Shown here: piece by piece, positions 9,926-18,900 of the stretch
Numbering within the stretch: position 1 is the stretch's first letter
Layout: every line of letters starts with the position of its first letter
Virus record (IMG/VR): IMGVR_UViG_3300022539_000562
Direction: 5' to 3' (one strand)
From: a virus
Length of the DNA: 33,198 nucleotides
Notes under the pieces: model-generated
The model's input: only the letters and a program-made list of their open reading frames with translations
What the model was told of the DNA's origin: nothing
Databases searched by the model: none
Program-made: the position numbers and the translations under genes

Positions 9926-9932
9926 TATACTC

Positions 9933-10424
9933 CTATTGAGTTATATTTATAAAATCTTTTTGTATTCTTGTAGAAAGTGTTTTAAAAAATATATTATTCA
10001 GATAACTCACAATACTTTTATCTGTAATATTTGAATCCAAATCCATTTCCCAATAACTACTACACAACTGAAAAATATCAGTACATTGTTTAACAGTTGT
10101 TTGATTTATTTTATTTAAAACTTTTCCACCTTTTATAAAATTATAAAAATACTTATTTTTTATTCTCATTAATCTTATAGAGATATGTTTAAAATAACAT
10201 ATTCGCATATTATTTACTATTTCGTATCCTGTTTTTTTATAATATGCTATGTTTAAATTTTTTTGTTTTTCTTTTATTAAATTATGTATAGGCAATATAT
10301 TACCTATTATATCTATTTTTTTTATATCAAATCGTTTTTTTTGATATACGCCATAAGATAAATATATCAAAAAATCGTTAGTTTGCTTATTAAATAATAT
10401 TTTTTCTATTTGATATGTTATCAT
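9933..10424 (-). CDS. hypothetical protein, distant family B
   Basis: ILFNKQTNDFLIY ... RLMRIKNKYF. Confidence 0.7.
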   Translation of the reverse strand: MITYQIEKILFNKQTNDFLIYLSYGVYQKKRFDIKKIDIIGNILPIHNLIKEKQKNLNIAYYKKTGYEIVNNMRICYFKHISIRLMRIKNKYFYNFIKGGKVLNKINQTTVKQCTDIFQLCSSYWEMDLDSNITDKSIVSYLNNIFFKTLSTRIQKDFINITQ

Positions 10425-10426
10425 AG

Positions 10427-10437
10427 GTTTACAGTTT
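10427..10437 (-). repeat. AAACTGTAAAC intergenic motif copy
   Basis: Exact 11-mer between the stop at 10442 and the ATG at 10424. Confidence 0.85.
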
Positions 10438-10441
10438 CAGG

Positions 10442-10804
10442 TTATCTTCTTTTAAATTTTAATTTCTTAATTTCATCTTTTAATTCTGGAATTACATAAT
10501 TTATAAATACATAAATAAAAATCATTCCCCATTCTTCTGGTAAAATATGTATCATAATATCATTGTTTAAATCTCTTTTATAAAGTCTTTTATAAACTTC
10601 ATCAGTAATAAATGTTTTATCTTTCATAATTGCTATTTCACTATCTTGACAAAATACTCTTTTCATTCCATCTTTTTGAATTTCATCATAATTTTTACAA
10701 TAAGTTCCAGGTGCAAATTGAGTAGAAATTGTTATACCATTTTTAAACTCTATAAAAAAACCAGCATTGTGATATGATATTTTAAAACATCCTTCTTTTT
10801 TCAT
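10442..10804 (-). CDS. hypothetical protein
   Basis: 120-aa ORF (FKNGITISTQFAPGTYCKN ... SEIAI), GGAG SD. Confidence 0.75.
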   Translation of the reverse strand: MKKEGCFKISYHNAGFFIEFKNGITISTQFAPGTYCKNYDEIQKDGMKRVFCQDSEIAIMKDKTFITDEVYKRLYKRDLNNDIMIHILPEEWGMIFIYVFINYVIPELKDEIKKLKFKRR

Positions 10805-11055
10805 TCTATTTCTCCAATCATAAAAGCAACTCTTTCATTTTTAAAAAATAAATCTTGCAAAAACATTTCAAACTCATGATATTGTCCTGTTTCCCCTTTA
10901 AAATAGTTGAGAACATTTGCTAATCTTTTTGGAGAAAAATATAAATAAATATAGTAATCGAACATAGAATCTCCTTTGTATATTTTTGAACTTATTCTAT
11001 ATTCATTAGGATTTAATAATTTAATTACTTTTTTAATTTTTTTTTCTCTATTCAT
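10801..11055 (-). CDS. hypothetical protein, probable paralog of 1397..1648
   Basis: Shared DYYxxxYF and E.FL..LF...V.F pattern. Confidence 0.65.
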   Translation of the reverse strand: MNREKKIKKVIKLLNPNEYRISSKIYKGDSMFDYYIYLYFSPKRLANVLNYFKGETGQYHEFEMFLQDLFFKNERVAFMIGEIE

Positions 11056-11067
11056 TATTTTGCTTTT

Positions 11068-11292
11068 TTAATTTATTTTTATACCCATTTCTTTACATAC
11101 TTCTTCTAATTCTTTTTCTCGTCTCATATATTCTTTAATATGTTCAATCCATATATTTTCTATTTCATTAAGTTCTTCGTATAGTTTTATCAATTTTTTT
11201 ACACTTTTTAAATATCCTGTAGGAAATGTGCTACCATTACGCATTTCACATTGTATTTTATTGATTTCTTCTAATATTTTTTCTTTTTTCAT
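11068..11292 (-). CDS. hypothetical protein
   Basis: 74-aa ORF with GGGAG SD. Confidence 0.7.
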   Translation of the reverse strand: MKKEKILEEINKIQCEMRNGSTFPTGYLKSVKKLIKLYEELNEIENIWIEHIKEYMRREKELEEVCKEMGIKIN

Positions 11293-11349
11293 TTTATCTC
11301 CCTTTTAGCCATAGTACTTTTTAAACTATGGGATTTTTAAAATTCGTTT

Positions 11350-11871
11350 TTATATTGCTCTCTCAGTATTTTTCAATGGACAATTAGGACATTCTTTTTC
11401 ATGTAATAGACGTATCTCTTTTGCATAAATACCTCTTATTTCATAATAAGCATTACACAACCTGCTGAAAATCTCTGCTCCTGGGTTAAAATAAGTATCT
11501 TTTGCCTTCTCATAAAGATTTTTTATTTCTATCGCAAGACTTTTATTAGAATGTTCACTATCATAAAGAATGTTGCGTACATTAGAAAAAATGTCTTGAA
11601 CTTTCAAAAATTCCTTCCATTGTTTTTCATGACGCAAAACCCACGCTTCATCATATAGTTTATGAGCATCAACAAGTGCTTTTGGAAATTCTCCTTTAAC
11701 AGGTTTAATTAATTTCAATCTTAATTCTGCTTTTGGAACATCTTGTGGATAATGTTCATTTGGTTCAGTTGCAATTCTTTGATGATGACAAATAGCATCT
11801 TTATATTCTTCATCACTCAAGTATTCAGCAAGCATTAAATAATAAGTGTGCCAATACCATTTTTTACTCAT
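11350..11871 (-). CDS. hypothetical phage protein with C-terminal H-x3-CPNC
   Basis: WYWH N-terminus, LHEKECPNCP C-terminus; AAGGAG SD. Confidence 0.75.
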   Translation of the reverse strand: MSKKWYWHTYYLMLAEYLSDEEYKDAICHHQRIATEPNEHYPQDVPKAELRLKLIKPVKGEFPKALVDAHKLYDEAWVLRHEKQWKEFLKVQDIFSNVRNILYDSEHSNKSLAIEIKNLYEKAKDTYFNPGAEIFSRLCNAYYEIRGIYAKEIRLLHEKECPNCPLKNTERAI

Positions 11872-12428
11872 TTCTCTCCTTCTTGTAAAAGTTTATATGT
11901 ATATTTTTCTAATAATTTTTTATTTTTTAAAACATTTGAATAAATTATTTCAAGAGTAAACCAAAATCTTTTTGGATGTTTAGAAATTTTAAAGTGTAAA
12001 ATTTCATGTGCTATTACATATTCTAATAGATTTCGTGGAACATATTGTAATTTTGTATTTAAAGCAATTAAATTTTTACTAATATAACATCTGCCCCAAT
12101 TATTTTTATTAGTGAAAAATTCATAATTTGGTTTCTTTAATGCTAATTTTTTTGAATACTTTTTAATAAAAAATCTAATATCTTTATTAAAATTTCCATT
12201 AGAATATTCTGGTAGTTTTTTACAAGTGTTTATATATTCATTATTTTTTAAAACCCATTCTGTATTTTTTTTAATAAAATCTATACCATTTCCTAAAATT
12301 TTTTTACTACCACTAATTATAAAAACACCATTCCATTTCATACTTATTTGTTTTTTAGTGGGATTTTTATAATTTTTATAAACAACTCTATATTCAATTT
12401 CTTGTCCATTAAGTATTATTGTTTTCAT
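11868..12428 (-). CDS. YgjP/DUF45-like zincin metallopeptidase-fold protein
   Basis: WGRC...IALN..L...P..LLEYVIAHEILH...H...FW signature. Confidence 0.88.
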   Translation of the reverse strand: MKTIILNGQEIEYRVVYKNYKNPTKKQISMKWNGVFIISGSKKILGNGIDFIKKNTEWVLKNNEYINTCKKLPEYSNGNFNKDIRFFIKKYSKKLALKKPNYEFFTNKNNWGRCYISKNLIALNTKLQYVPRNLLEYVIAHEILHFKISKHPKRFWFTLEIIYSNVLKNKKLLEKYTYKLLQEGEK

Positions 12429-12541
12429 TTATCTGGTTGTATAGAAAATTATAAATACAATTAATCCTATTAAAATTGTACCAATTCCAAATGCAAGATA
12501 AATTATTTTTTCTGTTCCCATTTATTTCACCCCTTAATACA

Positions 12542-12570
12542 ATTATAAACTATTTTTGAGAGAAAGTCAA
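12542..12570 (-). promoter_or_regulatory. sigma70/sigmaA-type promoter
   Basis: TTGACT-17 nt-TATAAT; 12536..12570 is identical to 22369..22403. Confidence 0.9.
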
Positions 12571-12581
12571 GTTTACAGTTT
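12571..12581 (-). repeat. AAACTGTAAAC motif copy
   Basis: Exact copy directly abutting the -35 hexamer. Confidence 0.85.
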
Positions 12582-12600
12582 AAGGTTTTTTTGATATATT

Positions 12601-12999
12601 TTATTCGTCTTTTTCATCTATTATATTTTCTAAATTACTAATTTCTTTTTCTAAATCACAAGTTTCATCAATTAATTTGTCATTTTCTCTTTCTAAATTA
12701 TCATTTTCTATTTCTAAATTCTCATTGTTTTTTTCTAAATCTACAATTTCATCTTCTAATTCTTCAACTTTATATTCTAAATCATTTCTTTCGCCTTCTA
12801 ATTCATCTTTCATTTCTTCCATTTCATCTCTTTCTGCTACTGTATCACTAACTTTATCTTCTAAATCTTCTTGGTCAATTTCTAAATCATCAATTCTATT
12901 TTGCAAATCAGCATTTGCTTCCATTACTTCATCATATTTCTGTGCTTTCCTTTCCAATTTTGCCAAATATTTTATTTTATCTTTATATTTTTTTTCCAT
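12601..12999 (-). CDS. highly acidic heptad-repeat coiled-coil protein
   Basis: About 13 LE-type heptads (LEIDQED LEDKVSD ... LEKNNEN LEIENDN LERENDK). Confidence 0.8.
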   Translation of the reverse strand: MEKKYKDKIKYLAKLERKAQKYDEVMEANADLQNRIDDLEIDQEDLEDKVSDTVAERDEMEEMKDELEGERNDLEYKVEELEDEIVDLEKNNENLEIENDNLERENDKLIDETCDLEKEISNLENIIDEKDE

Positions 13000-13287
13000 T
13001 TTCTTTTTTTATTTAATTTCTTTTTCTTTTTATATTTCCTATCATAAATACCTCTTTTAATTAAATCTTCTTTAATAAGAAATAGTTCTTTGTTTTTTGG
13101 TATCATTTTACTAATTTCCTTTTTATTTCTTTTAATTTTTCCCTTTCATTAATTCTACAATTTTATCTAATGCTTTTCTAATACCTCTGATATTAGAAGC
13201 AATTGATAGAAATTTTAAGAATAGAGTTATATATACAATTGTTTGTATTAATAAAGCCAATTCCTCAATAGTCATCTTTACCCCTTT

Positions 13288-13689
13288 TTAATTATTTTTA
13301 ATTTTTGATATTATATTTGTGTACATTTTTACAATTTTTTCGTAGTCTTTTGCTCCAAATTCATCAATAATATTTAATACACACATCATTAAATCACTTA
13401 ATTCACCTATATATTTAAGTAATTTATTATATCTTTTATCAGTTTCATTAATTAATTTGTATAATGCTTTTTCTTTACTCAATTTTTTTCCTTTATAAGT
13501 TGTAAAAAGTTTATTTTTCTTTTTATTACATTTTCCACAAAGCCAAGCATCATAAATTTTATCACCATTTTTTAATTTTATTTTATAAGCATCCCAATCA
13601 TTTAAAACATCTCCACAACCTGCACACAAATCATATGTAATAGGATTAAGTTCTATATCTCTAAATTCTTCGTATATTATTTCTTGCAT
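13288..13689 (-). CDS. zinc-finger protein
   Basis: CAGC ... CGKC. Confidence 0.7.
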   Translation of the reverse strand: MQEIIYEEFRDIELNPITYDLCAGCGDVLNDWDAYKIKLKNGDKIYDAWLCGKCNKKKNKLFTTYKGKKLSKEKALYKLINETDKRYNKLLKYIGELSDLMMCVLNIIDEFGAKDYEKIVKMYTNIISKIKNN

Positions 13690-13697
13690 TTTAGATT

Positions 13698-13922
13698 TTA
13701 AGTTCCAGCAATTTGTATTTTTATTATAGCGTCTTTTATACTGATTTCAAGTACAATTTTATTATTTCCTTTTAAATATCCTATAATTTGTTCATCACTT
13801 CTTACAGCATTAAAAATAACTTCTTTTATATTACTAAACATTGTCATTACATTATTCTTTATATCAGGTTCACTTATTTCTGGTACAAAAATTTTTTTCA
13901 ATATATTAATTATTTTACCCAT
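13698..13922 (-). CDS. hypothetical protein
   Basis: AAGGAG SD, 74 aa. Confidence 0.7.
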   Translation of the reverse strand: MGKIINILKKIFVPEISEPDIKNNVMTMFSNIKEVIFNAVRSDEQIIGYLKGNNKIVLEISIKDAIIKIQIAGT

Positions 13923-13936
13923 TTTCTATCTCCTTT

Positions 13937-14263
13937 TTATTTCAATTTATTAATGTAAGAAGAAACAACTAAATTAGAAAGCAAAGCATTTATACTTTTA
14001 ATATTTATTATATCTATATAAGATGGATGAGAGATTTTTAATAATTCAATATTAAATAATAAATTAGTTAATATTTTTATTATTACATCATTATGCTCTA
14101 ATATAAGCATATTTTCTACAGTATTGCAATATTCATCCAAGATTTCATTTCTATTTTGTTTTGTTAAGATTTCTTTTTTAATTTTATTTATTTTTTCTTG
14201 TTCCATACTTATTTTTTCCTTATATAAATAATATAAAATAATATACTTATTAAACTCATCCAA
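13937..14263 (-). CDS. hypothetical protein
   Basis: ORF in operon; true start may be the ATG of MEQEK. Confidence 0.55.
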   Translation of the reverse strand: MDEFNKYIILYYLYKEKISMEQEKINKIKKEILTKQNRNEILDEYCNTVENMLILEHNDVIIKILTNLLFNIELLKISHPSYIDIINIKSINALLSNLVVSSYINKLK

Positions 14264-14617
14264 ATTAATACACCCAAAATTATTAAAATATCTAACATAA
14301 TTTCTCCTTTTTATTTAGCACTAATAATAAATTCCAATTTAACATCTCTATCATAAAATTCTTTTTCAATTTTTTTATACCAAATTTTTAATCCTTCTGG
14401 ACAACCATTTTTATTAATCATTACATTTTGAATTGCCCACAATAATTCTTCATCTGACAATCTTTTAGGATTTGGCAGTTTCATTTATCTCTCTTTCCAT
14501 TTTCTATCTATAAAAAATAATCCAAAAATTATAATTACTATAATCAAACTTATTATTCCCATACCAAGAATAAATCTCATATTGCCACTCATTTTTTCTC
14601 CTTTCATTTATTTTTAA

Positions 14618-14628
14618 GTTTACAGTTT
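14618..14628 (-). repeat. AAACTGTAAAC motif copy
   Basis: Exact copy downstream of the clamp gene stop and upstream of an AAGGAG SD. Confidence 0.85.
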
Positions 14629-14650
14629 GCGTGTTTTTTTCTATTTCATT

Positions 14651-15805
14651 TTAACTTATTCTAATGGGCATTATTATATGCTTAAAATTATCATCTTTAA
14701 TTATTACAGGACTAAGATTATCTTTAATTAAAATTTCAACTGTATCTTTTTCAATTGCTTTTAATGTATCAATTACATATTTAACATTTAATCTTAATTC
14801 TAAACCATCTACTATATTAGAATGTATAGACAATTCATTATTAATTTCTATTTCAGGATTACTTCGAAGAGAATCCTTATATTCTATTTTAAGACTATCA
14901 CAATTCACCATATTAAAAGTAATAAAATCATTACTCCACTTATCAACAAATTTTGACATCTGAATAGCATTAGTTAGTAATTGTTTTCTATTTACTTCAA
15001 TAAATTGCTTATGTTTTTTGTCGCTTGTTACATAATCAGTTTTAGGATAGTTTAAATCTTTAGTTCTGTCTGTTATTTCTACATTATCAAATTTTAAACC
15101 TGCTCCAAAACCAGTTTTAAATATTTGTATATTCGTAATCTTTTTTATATTCTTTACAATATTATTTAAAAATAATCCATCAATTAGATATTCCTTGCTT
15201 GTAATTTTTGCACAATTAGTATCTTTAATTTTAACTAATTTGTATAATCCTATTCTATAACTATCAGTACAACACAATTCTGAAAAATCATTTCCTACTT
15301 TTATTAATGTTTTAGTTAGTACAGGTCTTGTTTCGTCTTTACTAATTGCATAAATTATTTTAGACAATATTGTTTTTAAATCCAATTTGCTAATGTTTAA
15401 AGTATTACTCTTTTTATAATCTAACATAGGATAGTCTTTTTCAGGATAACTTCTAATTTTAAATTCCATTGCAGTTTCAATTATTACAGGTTTATCATTA
15501 TCTACTTCTGTTACTTCTACTGCTTTAATTTTAATAAAATCTGTTGTAGCATTATTTACTATTTTATTAAATTTATTAAATTCAAATACAGCAGAACCTT
15601 TATTAATAATTGTTGCAGGTATATTAATTTTAATAATTTTATCTAAATCGGTAGTATAAATTACAACTTTGTTATTTACAGTTTGAATCCTTAAACATTT
15701 TAATATCGGCAATAATGCTTTGTTACTAATAGCAAATTTAAGCAATTTTAAATTTTCTTTTAATATTTTTTTCTTTAGTATTAATTCCATAGCAGGTTTT
15801 TTCAT
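14651..15805 (-). CDS. dnaN: DNA polymerase III beta sliding clamp-like protein
   Basis: 384 aa; LPILK, TTDLD, YAISKDETRPVL, CTDSYRI, YP, LNVKYVID, C-terminal IIMPIR match bacterial DnaN. Confidence 0.92.
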   Translation of the reverse strand: MKKPAMELILKKKILKENLKLLKFAISNKALLPILKCLRIQTVNNKVVIYTTDLDKIIKINIPATIINKGSAVFEFNKFNKIVNNATTDFIKIKAVEVTEVDNDKPVIIETAMEFKIRSYPEKDYPMLDYKKSNTLNISKLDLKTILSKIIYAISKDETRPVLTKTLIKVGNDFSELCCTDSYRIGLYKLVKIKDTNCAKITSKEYLIDGLFLNNIVKNIKKITNIQIFKTGFGAGLKFDNVEITDRTKDLNYPKTDYVTSDKKHKQFIEVNRKQLLTNAIQMSKFVDKWSNDFITFNMVNCDSLKIEYKDSLRSNPEIEINNELSIHSNIVDGLELRLNVKYVIDTLKAIEKDTVEILIKDNLSPVIIKDDNFKHIIMPIRIS

Positions 15806-15825
15806 TTTTTTACCCCCTCAATATA

Positions 15826-15854
15826 ATTATAAAGGATATTTTCTTAAAAGTCAA
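15826..15854 (-). promoter_or_regulatory. sigma70/sigmaA-type promoter for the clamp gene
   Basis: TTGACT-17 nt-TATAAT then TATATTGAGGGGG. Confidence 0.9.
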
Positions 15855-15873
15855 GATTTTTAGTTATATTTGA

Positions 15874-15884
15874 GTTTACAGTTT
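15874..15884 (-). repeat. AAACTGTAAAC motif copy
   Basis: Exact copy 4 nt after the stop of the RlpA-like gene. Confidence 0.85.
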
Positions 15885-15888
15885 CCAA

Positions 15889-16245
15889 TTAATAAATTAT
15901 TCTCCATTTTACATTTGTTACACCTATTTCTAATAATCCTAACATCTCTGCAACTCTATAAGACAAATCAAATTCTCTACCATATTTATCAAAATCACCT
16001 CTATCATTACATTTTGCTATAACTAATACACTTTTATATTTAAACTCTACCAAAGTTCCAAAAGGCAATTTATTGTGAGCAAATGTTAAATCTGTACTAT
16101 TGTAAATTTCTCCACTGGTAGTTTCTTTGCTAAAAAATGATTCTCCATACCAACTCATTTTACTAACTTGCCAAGGAATTGCCGAAAAAAATTTTGCTCC
16201 TACTAAAAAGAATAATAAAATAATTATTAAATTTTTATTTTTCAT
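15889..16245 (-). CDS. RlpA-like double-psi beta-barrel (septal lytic transglycosylase family) with signal/anchor
   Basis: SWYG, TTSGEIYN, AHNKLPFGT, NDRG, REFDLS..A..LG; hydrophobic N-terminus. Confidence 0.9.
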   Translation of the reverse strand: MKNKNLIIILLFFLVGAKFFSAIPWQVSKMSWYGESFFSKETTSGEIYNSTDLTFAHNKLPFGTLVEFKYKSVLVIAKCNDRGDFDKYGREFDLSYRVAEMLGLLEIGVTNVKWRIIY

Positions 16246-16568
16246 TTTTCTTCTTTTTTAAATTTTATCTTTTGCAAAGGAATACAATTTCTAACTTCCA
16301 TATTGTTTATCCAAAATATATTCTCTTTTAAATTATTAAGATTTTTAATTAAAGCAAATCCATCTGTTGACATTCTACCACTCGGAGATATATCATTCCA
16401 TTTCAAATATTTATAAAGTATTTTATCATCTGGAAAATAAAAATAATCATTTTTTTTTGGTTGCCATAAATATCTGTGCCAATCATAACTATATTTAATT
16501 CCCTTTTTTAAAATAAATTCTTTTGAAATTTTAAAATTAATTTTTTTATCTTTATAAATTGCTTTCAT
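16242..16568 (-). CDS. hypothetical protein
   Basis: 108-aa ORF with SD. Confidence 0.7.
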   Translation of the reverse strand: MKAIYKDKKINFKISKEFILKKGIKYSYDWHRYLWQPKKNDYFYFPDDKILYKYLKWNDISPSGRMSTDGFALIKNLNNLKENIFWINNMEVRNCIPLQKIKFKKEEK

Positions 16569-16785
16569 TTATTCTTCCTTTGTAATAATTAAGTTTACTT
16601 TTTAAGGTTTTTTCTCTTTTTTATATCCTTTGCAACAAATTTTTCTAATCTCTCCAAATATCTTGTTAATTCAGAAAGTTTTAGTCCTAAATTTTTTGCT
16701 AATGCCATTTTTGTTATTTTACCTTTATAATATAATATAAGCCATTTGAATAATTTTTCTCTTAACATTTTTTGCTCCCTTTCGA

Positions 16786-16796
16786 GTTTACAGTTT
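16786..16796 (-). repeat. AAACTGTAAAC motif copy
   Basis: Exact copy between the stop at 16805 and a GGGAG SD. Confidence 0.85.
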
Positions 16797-16804
16797 GAAG
16801 TTTT

Positions 16805-17002
16805 TTAATTTATAATTTTACTTTTTTTATCCATTATTAATAACATCAGAAATGTAATTCTACTGGTCAATTCTAAAACAATTATTTCATTATCTTTAAA
16901 TTGTTCTTTTGTAACAAGTAATCTATTCATTTCTTGCTTTAGAGTTTTTATATCACTTTTTTCATAAATTTCTGTCCAATTCATTTTTTTTCCTTTATCC
17001 AA
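16805..17002 (-). CDS. hypothetical protein
   Basis: Short ORF; likely start is the ATG of MNWTE after AAGGA. Confidence 0.6.
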   Translation of the reverse strand: MDKGKKMNWTEIYEKSDIKTLKQEMNRLLVTKEQFKDNEIIVLELTSRITFLMLLIMDKKSKIIN

Positions 17003-17195
17003 ATATTTTCATATATTTATCTTTATATACAAATTTCCTAATAATTCTTTTAATAATATTGTAATCATACATATAAGCAATACTGGGTAAATTTAAACAT
17101 CTTGGACATATCAAAGAAAAAGAATACTCTGAAAATTTACAACCTTTTATAAAACATATAAATCTTCTTATTTTAAATACAAATTGATTAATCAT
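16995..17195 (-). CDS. hypothetical Cys-containing protein
   Basis: Start moved to the ATG at 17195 after a GAGGA SD (track start lies within the promoter leader); CPRC. Confidence 0.6.
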   Translation of the reverse strand: MINQFVFKIRRFICFIKGCKFSEYSFSLICPRCLNLPSIAYMYDYNIIKRIIRKFVYKDKYMKIFG

Positions 17196-17232
17196 TTTCC
17201 TCTTCGAGTTTAAAAAATATTCCTTCAATATA

Positions 17233-17261
17233 ATTATAATAGATTTTTATATAAAAGTCTA
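17233..17261 (-). promoter_or_regulatory. sigma70/sigmaA-type promoter
   Basis: TAGACT-17 nt-TATAAT then TATATTGAAGG. Confidence 0.8.
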
Positions 17262-17437
17262 ATTTATTTTTTTAAATATGCCCAAAGATACTTAATACAT
17301 TTTATAACAAATATTACAAAAGTTATAATTGTAAGCCAACCCCATATTTGATTTTTTGTTAGGTGATATATTATTTTAAATAGTAATGCAGTTATCAAAA
17401 TATGGTCATTTGCTAATGACTTTGTATACATTCTCAT

Positions 17438-17590
17438 TTATTTCACATCCTTAATTTTAAATAAAAAATAATTAAATTTTCCACAATTTTCACACATAAA
17501 TAGTTCTTTTGGTCTTTCGTTAAAATTACCAAACAAACCATCAATTTGTTCTAAATTGTCCGAGTCACATTCTTTACATTTATGTTTCAT
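17438..17590 (-). CDS. small zinc-ribbon protein (not in ORF track)
   Basis: Manual translation MKHKCKECDS...FMCENCGKF... Confidence 0.7.
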   Translation of the reverse strand: MKHKCKECDSDNLEQIDGLFGNFNERPKELFMCENCGKFNYFLFKIKDVK

Positions 17591-17767
17591 TTATTTCACA
17601 TCTTTTTTTAAATAAATATGGCTTATCTTTTTTTAATTCTTTTAATTTTTTGTTTAAAGCATACTTGCAATTAAACATTCCAAATATTAATATTTCTTGT
17701 AAATCTTTTATATCACTTTTATTTAATTTTTGCATTTATTTTTCTCCCTTTAATAAATTCAATAATT

Positions 17768-18037
17768 TTATAATTTAATTTCTAATTTCTCAATAGGCAA
17801 TTCTTTTATTACTTCTATATAACTATAATTATCGTTTAATTTATTTCTTATTATACTATAATCTTTTCCTCCAAAATCCCAATCACTTTGTAATTTTGAA
17901 ACAATATTTTTTACTATTTTAGTTATTGATTCATTAGTTAGAGTTGTTTTAATTAATAATAGTATTCCTTCCTCATCACATTCTCTATTCTCGTGAAATA
18001 TACTTATTTCTACATATCTACCATTTATCATTCTCAT
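17768..18037 (-). CDS. hypothetical protein, tandem paralog of 18044..18280
   Basis: DEEG...IKTTLT...V..I..K; AAGGAGG SD. Confidence 0.75.
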   Translation of the reverse strand: MRMINGRYVEISIFHENRECDEEGILLLIKTTLTNESITKIVKNIVSKLQSDWDFGGKDYSIIRNKLNDNYSYIEVIKELPIEKLEIKL

Positions 18038-18043
18038 ACCTCC

Positions 18044-18280
18044 TTAAATTCTTACACTATAATTTTTTTTAGTTGGTATAATTTCAATTTCGTCGTCTTT
18101 ATTAAGTTCTTCTATTATTTCATCATCATACCAATCAATATAATCTTCGTCAAGCCATTTATTTATTATGTCGCCAACTTTAAATTGAAACTGTTTTTCA
18201 GTCAATTCTGTCTTAATCATAAAACTACACTTTTCTCCCTCTTCGTCAAAAAAAGTTGCTATTATTATTTCTCTTTCCAT
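18044..18280 (-). CDS. acidic hypothetical protein, tandem paralog of 17768..18037
   Basis: DEEG...IKTELT...V..I..K; AAGGAG SD. Confidence 0.75.
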   Translation of the reverse strand: MEREIIIATFFDEEGEKCSFMIKTELTEKQFQFKVGDIINKWLDEDYIDWYDDEIIEELNKDDEIEIIPTKKNYSVRI

Positions 18281-18313
18281 TATCTATCTCCTTTTTAACA
18301 ATTTATTTCATTT

Positions 18314-18553
18314 TTACAATTTATGTCTTAATTTCCAAAAGAAAAAACTAATATCTTCCCACATTTTACTTTTTCTTTTTTTACCTAAATTATAATTAGT
18401 CCAAGCATAATGTTCTGCCCAATGCTCTAATCTCCAAAGCATCTCTCCAACATTAGGAAAATCATCCCATAACAAAACTAAAATATTATCTTGTCCTGGC
18501 ATAGGAATTTCTATCATTTCTCTTTTTTCCAAATCTTTTTTTGTTTTTTTCAT
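18314..18553 (-). CDS. Trp-rich hypothetical protein
   Basis: First gene after the promoter at 18594. Confidence 0.7.
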   Translation of the reverse strand: MKKTKKDLEKREMIEIPMPGQDNILVLLWDDFPNVGEMLWRLEHWAEHYAWTNYNLGKKRKSKMWEDISFFFWKLRHKL

Positions 18554-18593
18554 TTTGTCTTCCTTTAAGTTTAAAAAACATCTCCTTAATATA

Positions 18594-18622
18594 ATTATAA
18601 CTGATTTTTTAGTAAAAGTCTA
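18594..18622 (-). promoter_or_regulatory. sigma70/sigmaA-type promoter
   Basis: TAGACT-17 nt-TATAAT then TATATTAAGGAG. Confidence 0.82.
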
Positions 18623-18631
18623 ATTTTTCAA

Positions 18632-18642
18632 GTTTACAGTTT
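18632..18642 (-). repeat. AAACTGTAAAC motif copy
   Basis: Exact copy 6 nt after the stop at 18649 and 9 nt before a -35. Confidence 0.85.
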
Positions 18643-18648
18643 GCCTTT

Positions 18649-18870
18649 TTACTCTAAAATTTTATCTATATTTTTTGATACTAAACTGCTCAAATAATTA
18701 TTTATATTTTGGATAATAGTCTCGTGGTCATTTATTTTTTCAAGTTCTTTTAACAATCCTAATGGAAAACTATTTAAATTTTTAATTTGCACAAATAATC
18801 CAATTTCTTTTTTATGCTCTTCATACCATTTATCTAATATTCTTTTTTGTTTCTTATATAAACCTCTCAT
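18649..18870 (-). CDS. hypothetical protein
   Basis: 73 aa, G-rich SD. Confidence 0.7.
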   Translation of the reverse strand: MRGLYKKQKRILDKWYEEHKKEIGLFVQIKNLNSFPLGLLKELEKINDHETIIQNINNYLSSLVSKNIDKILE

Positions 18871-18900
18871 TTCATCCCCCTTAAATTATTTTTTTTATTT

